From the NCBI GenBank assembly GCA_012295275.1, contig CM022670.1:7254001-7318000 (forward strand): a stretch of DNA of 64,000 bases, given 5' to 3'. Source of the DNA: Chrysomallon squamiferum. Taxonomy: Eukaryota; Animalia; Mollusca. The translations under genes and the position numbers were made by a program. The notes under the pieces were generated by a model. It did no database searches. It had not been told where the DNA came from and saw nothing but the letters and a program-made list of their open reading frames with translations. Every line of letters begins with the position of its first letter. Positions within the stretch are counted from its first letter, which is position 1. Below, one piece after another: positions 11,924 to 22,761 of the stretch.

Positions 11924-14756
11924 CTGAAAATGGTGAAAAAAAAGAAGAAATCAAAATGTATTAAAGCATTTACAATTATTATATGTATTTTCTACTGCAT
12001 ACTATATGATAACAGTGATTTCTGAAAAACTGTGGAAGAGGTGGGAATATCTGCTTTAAACAAGTTAAAATATTTCATGCTTGTGAAACAACAAGGATGG
12101 GATGCTGAATAATCTAATGTATCTGCTGTTGAAAAAGGTCAAGACATACTTGGTATACTTCTAAGTAATTTTTCTTTCTTGACAGTGAACCTTGGTTTAT
12201 TTGACATCATTTATCAAGATACTTTGATCAACTATGATTATAATTTTGAATTTAGTTACCATTAACCAAAACCCCAGAAGTTTGTGAGATCAAGATCAAG
12301 GAGGAGAAATTGTTTACCTTCCCACATCAATACAGAAATCTCCTCGAATGGTTCCGGGAGATGAATCATCAGGTTTGGTTTCTCCTAACAGTTTTCTGCC
12401 CATTGCCACAACATTCCTGCCTTCCCAAACCTGCAAACAATAAAACAGTTTTTCTGATGTTACAAAGTAATATTCAGATATAAGCAAATTGTATTCTCAA
12501 GTGCATTAATTACTTAACAAAATTCTGTTGAGCATTACTTTTAATGAAATTGTGAAGTATAAAGAAAAGAACAGTTTTTTTTTTTTTTTTTTTATTAATA
12601 CAATCAGTTATTTTCATCATGAAGTAAAAGAAATTGCATCCAATAAAAAATTGATTGAAATTTTTTTTAACTTTTTAAAAATGTCAAGAATTGCAGAAAT
12701 ATATTTTTCTAAATATTAAAAGTATGTTTTCAAATGTTTAGTAATAGTAAGCCATCTTTGGAATTTAATCTTTCATTAATTACAAATAATGTAAAATAAA
12801 AACTGTTAATTACACACACATTCTAGTCTGGCAAAACATTTAATAAATTTAGTTTTGTTATAATAGCATAAATTGTTATCAAGCCATACATTTTTAACTG
12901 TGTTAAGGTTTTAAAAGAAAACAATTTTAATCACAGCACACACTGCAAAATATTAAATGACAAAACATTACAAATAAAACTCACAACATATATATATATA
13001 CTATGTTGTAATACTACCACACAATAAATAAACAGTAAAGAATGCAACTATTATCATAGAGAAACAAATTGTAATTCGTCAACAAATTTATGGAGAATTT
13101 TTATCTTCTGTTAAACCATGTTTTCTTGAAGAATGGTTAATGTTTTTATCAACACAAGTGTATAAAACATTTATAATAAACAGTCTGCTGCCAGAAATTT
13201 GTTTGACTCAGTAAAAAGCAGTTAAACACTAATTATACTGAACTACATTTCTTAAAAATTCACTTTGCACTTACAATCTATATTATGGAAATTTTATCTC
13301 CAATACAATTTTACTATCACTGTATCAGTTTAGATTTTTTCACCTGCATAAAAAGAAAATATAAGCAGAAAAACAAAACTTTATTATTTATATTACCAAT
13401 TTTAATAAAGTTTTATAAAAAAAAAGTAACCAAATTTTTAAATATTAAATTACTTGAAAACATTAAAATTAAGTTTGTGACAAGTTTACAAGCTCTAAAG
13501 CCTGACAGAATAGATTATGAACACCTGAAACTTAATCCTGACCTATTTCCATATGTCACTAAAATGAAACAGTTGAGTTTTGAATATTTTGGTAAATAAG
13601 AATCAATTTATTTGCAGTGTCGAGTTAAATTATTTTAGACCTGAATTCTAACAACCTACCATAGCAACAATAGGGCCCGAGTTCATATATTCCACAAGAC
13701 CATCAAAAAATGGTTTGCTGCTCAAGTCAGCATAATGATTCTTCAAGTGGTCAATGCTAGCCTGGAAAACATTAATTAAGCATTCTAATATTTCTACAAG
13801 CACAGAAAAACAAAAAGAAAAACACTGGTTATCAAAGCATCTAGGCTGCACACACAGACTGGATTTCATACCATGGCCACCACTGGCCCAGAGTGCATGT
13901 ACTCAACAAGGTCATTGAAGAATGGTTTCTTTGATAAAGCCTCATAGTGCTTCCCTAGGTGCTCTTTGCTAGCCTGAAATAGAGTTTTGCATGTAACATG
14001 GAAAACAATTTTATTTATTTATTTTTGTTTACACATCACTGAAGTGAGAGAAATTTATACTTACAAAAGAAATCATTTAATGTTCCCAAATTCACCAGCA
14101 TTTTACTTAAAATTTCTCATTTAAACTCACTGACTTTACATGCGCTCTAATAATAAATTCTTATACTTTTTTGTTATAGTTATGTAATAATTCAATATAA
14201 TAAACGTTTTATTTTTATGGTATCCTCTATTATCTATATAAGTTTCATGTGTTATAAAAATGGCATCTATACAGTATACTGAATTACGGTATTCTTTATT
14301 ATCATAATCATGACATCCATGAACTGTACCCGTTTTATTGTTTATAAAATGTATTAACTGCAGTTTAAACTCACATTCACATTCCTTTCGTGATTGTACT
14401 TGCATTATTATCACCGACAAACACCTGAATTATTAATTTAATATTTTTAAAATATAAATATAATTTAGTTACATCAATACATGTATGTTAAGGCTCAGTC
14501 TATTAACCTTACTACAAGGTCACATGAAGTGAAAGTAACCTTGATTTTGTATTCATTCTCACTGAAAACTCGCGAAACTGTGCCATTAACCCGGTGTTGT
14601 GTACACGTGTTAATTACTACTCACATGCACCATTTTACAGGCAACCATTTTGTAGCCCCTTCTTTCAAATCGTTGTATTATTTCACCGGTGAGTCCTCTT
14701 TGAACTCCATCGGGTTTGACGGCAATGAAGGTCCTTTCTTTCTTTGGATCAGTCAT
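11806..14756 (-). CDS. NME1: Nucleoside diphosphate kinase, group I (NME1/NME2/awd-like), 154 aa
   Basis: Exons 14756-14625 ([44 protein letters not shown]), 13973-13872 or 13761-13660, 12430-12318 ([38 protein letters not shown]) and 11923-11806 ([38 protein letters not shown]). Catalytic HGSD, GTIRGDF and C-terminal YE are present; all introns are GT-AG. The symbol denotes the NME1/2 group, not one-to-one orthology. Confidence 0.97.
12318..12430 (-). CDS. NDK exon 3
   Basis: tttgcag|VWEG...[14 protein letters not shown]|gtaaac; 113 nt. Confidence 0.95.
13660..13761 (-). CDS. NDK exon 2b (alternative copy)
   Basis: ttttccag|[34 protein letters not shown]|gtaggt; 102 nt, phase 0/0. Confidence 0.92.
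13872..13973 (-). CDS. NDK exon 2a (alternative copy)
   Basis: atttcag|[34 protein letters not shown]|gtatga; 102 nt, phase 0/0. Confidence 0.92.
14625..14756 (-). CDS. NDK coding exon 1
   Basis: ATG in ttaatcATGa context at 14756; [16 protein letters not shown] motif; donor GTGAGT at 14624. Confidence 0.95.
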
Positions 14757-14804
14757 GATTAAGTCAGCAAGCGAAGAAAAGATTGCAAGAATGGTTGAGA
14801 TCAT

Positions 14805-14900
14805 CGGCAGCGAAAGGACGTGTTCGATTGGCTGGTGCGTGTTGCACGGAGCAATCCTCGGTTGTTTCACTGGATTGGTTCATGATATCCGGAAGTAGTT
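14805..14900 (-). promoter_or_regulatory. NDK core promoter, part of a CpG-rich divergent NDK/ZNF promoter region
   Basis: Minus-strand CCAAT boxes at 14831-14827 and 14878-14874, ETS site CCGGAAGT at 14889-14896, polypyrimidine (TCT-like) initiator TCCTTTCG at 14818-14811; locally CpG-rich. Confidence 0.6.
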
Positions 14901-15207
14901 AAAAACATATCCATTCCCGATTAAAGGGTTTGATTCAGCTTACCTGCAGATAAATGGGAAGCAAAATTGTTTCTCAGTCTGATTTATACAAACGACAATA
15001 CATTGTTGTTGTTGTTGTTGCGATAATGTTGTCGACGAACGTAAATGTGGGCCAATTCATTTATAATTAAAACGCTGAAATGCAAATAAAACGTGTTTAT
15101 TTGAATTAGAGAAACAGACTATTTTTACCAGAAATAAAACCGTTTGTCATCGTATTAATTTAACTTAAAACATCAAAATTCTGGCACTAATATGTTTATT
15201 CATTTCT

Positions 15208-15267
<60 letters not shown>

Positions 15268-15271
15268 TGTG

Positions 15272-15315
<44 letters not shown>

Positions 15316-15410
15316 CAATAAGAAGAATGAAAGAAAGAAAAAAAGGTTGATCAGTAGTGACTAAAACGCTAATCCAGATGGTCTGCTGATGTGTAGAATT
15401 TTAGAAGTCA

Positions 15411-15445
<35 letters not shown>

Positions 15446-15689
15446 CAACAACAACAACAATACGTTTCAGGAAACAAATTTCATTAATAGTTTAATTTCT
15501 CATTCTTAGCATAAAATGTAACCAAATTTAGTTTTTCTCTTCTATCGTTGTTGTTGTTGTTGGTGGTGGTGGTGGTGGTGTTTGTGTTGTTACTGACGCC
15601 ACAATTTCTAATGAACAAAGTAAATATTTATTCTTAGCCTTATAACCTACAGTACAGTCTAGCGGAGTCTGCAAGATTAGAATTAGCTC

Positions 15690-15781
15690 CCTTTAGTTGT
15701 TAATGGCAGGAGTCGCACCGCAAAAAGAAACATGAACAAACAAAAATGTATCACAAGTGACCAACAAGAAACAACCCGGAG
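15690..15781 (+). other. Candidate first (5' UTR) exon of the zinc-finger gene
   Basis: CpG-containing segment ending in a good donor GAG|GTAAAT (15781/15782); matching acceptor ttttccag|G at 18982/18983 just upstream of the ZNF ATG. Start coordinate is approximate. Confidence 0.5.
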
Positions 15782-16491
15782 GTAAATGTCATGTCTTGAT
15801 ATATATGAAACGTTAGTCTTTTTACTTGTAGAATTTAAAACTAAGGAATAATTTCTAATTTTAGTATTTTTTGAAACAAACACGTCGCCGTCGTCGGTCT
15901 GAAAAGGTTGCAACTACGCTGATTCCCTGAGGCCCAGTTTGGGAAACAACTTTGGAAATATGACATGAGGCCTTTTTATGGATATAGAAAAATTTCTTAG
16001 TTTAGTTTTGTTTATATAGTTTTTAAAATTTGTAATGTAACATATATTAAGACTGTTTAAAGTTTTGGAGAAAAAAAGAAAGAAAAAGATAAATAACTAA
16101 AAATTAAACATAATCTTTGTAGACATAAGTTTCATTTTTTTAAATTTTATTCTTCTTTTTTTCATTATTTTCTTTTGTCTTATTGTATTTAATAAATATG
16201 TTCCACAATATTAGTTAGACTTACAGTAACAGTGCAGTTTAAAATTAACCAAGAAAAAAAAGAAGAGAAACTAAGTACAAGTATCAAAAAGTTGAATGTA
16301 AATTAAAACATAATATTTAAACATAAATTTAAACTAATTCAGTGTAAGTGAATGTATTTAAGTACAAATAATTTTATAGCTTATAATGGTACAAATTCAT
16401 CATTCATGGTTTTGTTGGATGATATAATGTTTTGTTTTCTTTTAACTTTTAAAGTTTTAAAATTTATTTATTTCATTATTATTAATACTAT

Positions 16492-16532
<41 letters not shown>

Positions 16533-17269
16533 TAATTTTTTTATTTTTTTTTTTTACACACTCTTGAATTTTAATTTTTACCATTACAAAATAAGAAAAA
16601 TATTGTTCATGATGAAATGATAATTTCCAAATACAGTAAATTATTTGTGACTTAATATAGGTTTAATGTATAAATTATTTTATTATTAATAACAAGCAAA
16701 CTTATTACAAATGTGTGAGTTAGTTAATTATTTTCAGTATTATATAACATTCAAGTTTGCTTCAGATATATTCACTCAGTAGAATAATGTTAATATTCAT
16801 TTTAAAACTTATGAAACATATGGATAACAGCTTTATTCCCCTCCCCTGAAACAGATGTCCTCTCTGAAAATGTTTTCATAATCTGATTTATATTTAAAAA
16901 TATGAATTTATTACACTTTTTGAAACAGTTGTAACAAACAACTTGTAATTTAATTTTCATTTTTTATTTTATTTTTTTTTATTTTTTACATCAAACAAAT
17001 ATTTAAATATATATATATTTAAAAAAAAGTGAATATATAATGAAAATAATTGCGAGTAACATTTGTTACAGTCAAAGAGTTAGCGTACGTGTAACTGAAT
17101 AGTAAAACATTTATCTGCAATTTGATGGGTGAAGGATCCTTTGTACCTGGTGTACTACTGTTTGAATCATTTCTGCCTCACTATCAGAGGAATGACATAC
17201 TTCCCTGTCCATGTTTAAATTTATATAAAAGACCCTTTACTTCTCTTTAATAAAATAAGTGAAGAACGA

Positions 17270-17420
17270 TAGACTGGTCACACAGGTGTAATGGGGGAAC
17301 AGCCCAACAATGAATAACTTGCTGGAATGGGGAACAGTCTGACAAATGCATCAGATGGGAATTGATCCTAGTCTCTCTCTCTCCCTCAAATAGGTGCTAA
17401 AACCGTTGAACTTCAACTCT
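17270..17420 (-). mobile_element. Degenerate tRNA-headed SINE fragment
   Basis: Minus strand has an A-box-like AGTTCAACGG and a B-box-like CTAGGATCAATTCCC. It shares CTGGAATGGG...GATCCT with the copy at 29165-29405. Confidence 0.4.
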
Positions 17421-19085
17421 TGAAATCTAAAATATATGTCATTCCTAATAAAAACATACCCACCCACTCACACACATTTATACACATACAACTTGCACAT
17501 GCACACACACACACACACCTGACAACAAATAGATGTAGAGATATTAAGTTTGGCAAGATAATTTGGTTTTCTGTGTAATAGTAGCTAAAGAAAACAATTT
17601 TTAAATTTTTTTAGTTTGTCAATATTATACTGAAATATTTAATGGAATGTGTCTGGTGTAACATTGTGATGTGGACAGTTGTTGTTGTGTTGTTGTATGT
17701 CTGAATTGTTAATGTTTCAGAGTTTATAGAGATCTTATTTTTAAAAGATTTGCTATAAAACAGAAGTCAAGGAATCATTATGTCTCTATGTGTGTATGAG
17801 TTGATAGTTTCAATAATTGTTTGTGTTTGTGTGGGTAGACATCAGTTAATGTGACACAACAATTAAGTCCTACACTTGTTTTTATGTAGAAGACCGAATA
17901 ATTGATTTTAAAAAGTATTTTGCTTTTTTCAATAATATTATTAAATACACTTAGTAATTTTTTTTCTGTTTCTGTTTCTTTTTTTGTTTATTATTTTTGT
18001 TTGTTTTTTTTTTTTTTTTTTTTTCAGTACTTATTAATGGCCTACTTAAAATAACTTTACGACTGCATATTGAAAGATGCTGATTTGGTACATGACTGTT
18101 AGCAGAGAATTTTAATTAAATTATTTTTTTTAAATATTCTTTAATTACTGAGCTGTTAAGGGATAAAAAAACAAAACAATCAAACAAAAAGGGTTTTCAA
18201 GTTTTAAAAGGGAAACAACTTCTGACTTATTAATGATATTGTTTCTAAGAGTTCTGTTTCCTGTCCTACATGACATGACAGGGAAATTAATTATTATTAT
18301 TATTTTTTATTTTATTATTTATTATTATTTTTTTGGTTGCCTCTCTTTATGTGTATAAACACACATACTCAAATGTACCTCTTCATACAAAAATGCCCAT
18401 ACAGAATTATACATACAAAGTATGAATTGTTATTAATAGCAGCACTGTTGAAATGTTGGGGTATCTGTTTCAAATACAGTATGAGTAATTATAAACAGTT
18501 GTGTAGCTCAAGGCTGCTGTGTTCTTGTTACAACCATACAACAAAAGTTGATTTTCAGACTGATTTTCTTTTTTATTTTGTATATATATGTAGGAGTTAA
18601 ATATATTGATATATCATGGGTTGTAATATCGATTCAATTTTCCAAAGTACATAAAATAACTTGCTAGTAGTAGTTAAGAATTCTTAATATCAGTGATATT
18701 CTTTTTTTTATATTATATTTGTTTGACAGATAAAAAGCACTAATATTAATAATGTATAATGAGTCAGAATCCTTCTCCAAGTGGCTAATTTTCATGTCTT
18801 TGATCATAGGAAAAATGTTTCAGATTATCAGATTATCAGATATTAAAAATTTCTCACTGGTTATACATAATGTTTTAGCAGTAGCACCGGATCACTCGAA
18901 AACTGTAGTCAGGGTTTGTTACTGAGATTAAACGATTGCTACTTTTATACTGTTTGCTTCAATACTGTTGTTTATTTTCCAGGTGTATTTGGTTTGAAGA
19001 TTCTTGATAACAATGTAAACAACAACAACAACAGTTGGTGATTGACTGCAGGGATAGGAAACCCATCTACAGGGAAAGACAAACA

Positions 19086-22000
19086 ATGGAGATGAAATTG
19101 GAGGTGGGTGTGGATGTTTCCCTGCAGAATGGTAACGTCACTGAGGAAGATGAAGACAGATTGACCCTGAAGAAGAAGAAAGACCTGATAAAAGACGGAT
19201 ATGATGGTGACGATGATGACGATGATGACGATGAGGTTGAAGAAAGTAAAGGTGTTTCAAAAGGACTTGTTAATGGAACATGTGAAAGGATGGCAAATGG
19301 AGTGCATAGTCCTGAATCAGAATCACATGATGAAAGTGGAAATAATGGGTTGACTAACAGCGAGTTAACTAATAATGATAATGAGTCATCTAGTAAATCA
19401 TCTAATAAAAAGAAATCTCGTAAGTCATCTAATAAGGTGTCATCTAGTAAGTCATTTAATAAAGTGTCATATAGTAAGAAATTAACTAATAATGAGTCAT
19501 CCAAAGAGTTGTCCAGTAATGGACAGATTGCTGAAGGTTTTGATGAGCAACCTGCAGCAAAACAAGTGAACTGTGAAAATGAGGTAATAGAAGAAATTGA
19601 TATAACTCAAATTAAACAGGAGATTCTATCGGATTCAGAGTATCAAGAAAATGGGTTTGAAGATCTGGAACAAATGATAACTAGTTGTAATACCCGCATC
19701 AAAGAGGAGCCAGATGTAGATGAAAACTTGGTTGATACATCTTTAGAGGACATATACAAGAAATATGTTAGCATGTATTACAATAGTGGAAATCCAAATC
19801 CAGTCCATCAGTCAGGAAGTTTTCAGAGTAGCAGCACTACCAGCATTAAGTCATGGTCACTAAGTAGGTTAGCTAAATGTAAGGTGTGTAAGAAAGTATT
19901 TCCATGTGCCAGCTCTCTTGCAAGACATTCTGTGATACATAGAAATAGAAAAGGACATCAGAAGGTTTCACTACTGCATCCACTCAAACGAGAACGTACT
20001 GGTCGAGGTATGAGGGGTGTTTTCGAATGTGACATCTGCGGGTCCTCATTTCCTCACAACAGTGCATTGATGCGACACAGAAAGATTCACACCGGTGAGA
20101 GACCTCACAACTGCTCTGTTTGTGGTAAAGGATTCATTGAAGCTGGATCCCTGTCTCGTCATGTTCGAACACACACAGGAGAGAAACCATACGCGTGTGA
20201 TATTTGTGGAAAGGAGTTCACCGAATCATTTGCTGTGGTTCGACACAAACGGACTCATACAGGTGAAAAGCCGTACAGGTGTGTTGAGTGTGGAAAGGAG
20301 TTTGTTGATTCAGGAGCCCTGACAAGGCATATCGCGAATCCATACAGGAGAGAAACCATATAAATGTGATTGTTGTGAACGTGCCTTTGCAGCCTCGAGG
20401 TCATTAGTTCGACACATGAGGACGCACACAGGAGAGAAGCCATATCCCTGTACATACTGTGGCAAAATGTTCAGAGAATCAAGTGCTGTTATTAGACACA
20501 CTCGCATTCATACAGGCCAGAAGCCATACCAGTGTTACATGTGTGGCAAGGAATTTGTAGAGTCAGGAGCTCTGAAACGCCACTGGAGGGTTCACACAGG
20601 GGAGAAAACTCATTCCTGTGCAGAGTGTGGAAAGTTTTTCAGCTCATACAGGTCTCTGTTCAGACACAGGAGAATTCACACGGGAGAGCGTCCTTACAAA
20701 TGCGAATTTTGTGACAAAGCTTTTGCTGAGTCTGGAGCTCTTGCTCGCCATGTACGTATTCATACAGGTGAGAAACCATACATGTGTCATCTTTGTGATA
20801 AAACCTTTGTAGAATCAGGTGCTTTGACTAGACACATTAGGATTCACCTGGGAGATAAGAAATTTAACTGCTCTATATGTGATAGGTCATTTATAGACAA
20901 CAATGCTCTAGAAAAACACATCTCATCTCACAGTGACATAAAGCCATTTCCATGTGAAGTGTGTGGGAAATGTTTCCCAGAGCTGCGTTCGCTGACACGC
21001 CACAGCAAGACCCACTCCGACCACAAACCCCACAAGTGTGATATGTGTGATAAAGTCTTCACAGAAAGTGGTGCTCTCAAACGTCACATCCGAACACACA
21101 CAGGAGAAAAGCCTTTTCCCTGTGGTGACTGTGGAAAATGTTTCATCGATTCAGGATCTCTAGCAAGGCATGATAAAATTCACACTGGACTGAAACCACA
21201 TACGTGTTCTGTGTGCAATAAGGCTTTCAGCGAAACCACGTCTCTGAAACGACACGAGCTCATTCACACAGGAGTAAAGCCGTATCGATGTCAAACTTGT
21301 GGGAAAGATTTCTCAGAATCTGGTACTTTGACAAGACACATGAAAGTTCACACTGGAGAAAAACCTTTCAAGTGTGATATCTGTGGTAAAGAATTTGCTG
21401 AGAGTGCCTACCTGGTTCGTCATGTCAGAACACATACAGGTGAGAAACCTTACAGATGTATGACATGTGACAGAGCATTTTCTGAGTCAGGAGCATTGGC
21501 TAGACATGAGAAAATCCATGGTATTGAAAAAGAGAAGCCAATGTTTCAGTGTAATGAATGCGATAAAGACTTCACATCCACAATGATGCTACAGCGGCAC
21601 AAGAAAATGCACCGAGAAGAAACAACATGTACTCTGTGTGGCAAGAAATTCAGATCCATTGAGGAGTTAGAGACTCACAGAGAGATCCACTCTGGTTCAA
21701 AACTCTACAAGTGCCTAATTTGCCAGAAGGAATTTGATCTGTGGAATTCCCTCGAGAGACATTTGAGAATTCATTCAGGGGAGAAGCCATATGAATGTGA
21801 TTTCTGCGGCAAGGCTTTCGTTGACTCTGGAGCTCTGAAGAGACATGTGAGAACTCACACTGGGGAGAAGCCTTACAACTGTGATATTTGTGGGAAAGGA
21901 TTTGTGGACTCAGGGGCTGTGTCGAGACACAAGAAGATTCACACAGGGGTGAAGCCACATCGTTGTTCCCTCTGTGGGAAAGGATTCACTGAAGCCTGCT

Positions 22001-22761
22001 CACTCACACGACACGAACGGATTCACGAGGGACTCAAACCCCACAAGTGTGAGGAATGTGGTAAAGATTTTGGAGAGTATCGCTCACTTGTGAGGCACAT
22101 TCGTACCCACACTGGAGAAAAGCCATACAAGTGTGATACATGTGGCAAAGAGTTTGCTGAGAGTGGATCATTGGTTCGACACAACAGAACACACACTGGA
22201 GAAAAGCCTTACAGTTGCGTTGTGTGTGGGAAGAACTTCAGAGAATCAGGCGGGCTCACTAGACATTTCAAAACTCACACTCAGGAACTGGTGAAAGTGG
22301 AGGACATGCAGGACGGGAGTGACAACAACTTGGAGGAAGCACTACCCTGGCCAGAGATAGATGGAATATACTCACTGCCCAACGACTCACAGCAGACGTC
22401 TGAGGACAGCCAGTCAGCTGATTCACAGATCCAGACTAAGCCAGCTCAACGCAGTCGTAGTGGCGGCGTGAAAAACAACATTATCGTTCCAACGATGTAC
22501 CTCAATCCAGGGTCTGATGATGATGGAGAAATAAACTTTGTGAATCACGAGTACAGCAATGAGGAGAGTGCGGAGGGGAGTGAGGAGGAGAGGGAAGAGG
22601 AGAGTATGGATTGTGATAAATATGAAGATTACTATGAATCAAAAGTCCATGGTGAGAAGAGTGGGCAGCCATTTCAGTGTGGAGAATGTGGAATTGCCTT
22701 CTTTGATTCCCTAATGCTGGAAAGTCACTTGAAAACACACACAGAGGAAAGTGTTAATTAG
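19086..22761 (+). CDS. Multi-C2H2 zinc-finger protein (~29 fingers, ~1224 aa if the frame is restored), interrupted by a 1-nt frameshift at ~20333
   Basis: acaATGG start at 19086. Acidic/Ser-rich N-terminus with IKQE/IKEE SUMO-type motifs. Tandem CxxC-x12-HxxxH fingers with TGEKP linkers run through ORFs 19035-20363 and 20416-22761. Finger 5 (CVEC...LTRH) continues as RIHTGEKPYKCDCCERAF in the +1 frame from 20335. Confidence 0.9.

Noticed and set aside
19067-22738. Antisense and alternate-frame ORFs over the ZNF gene
   Set aside because: Shadows of the coding strand's codon bias and finger periodicity.
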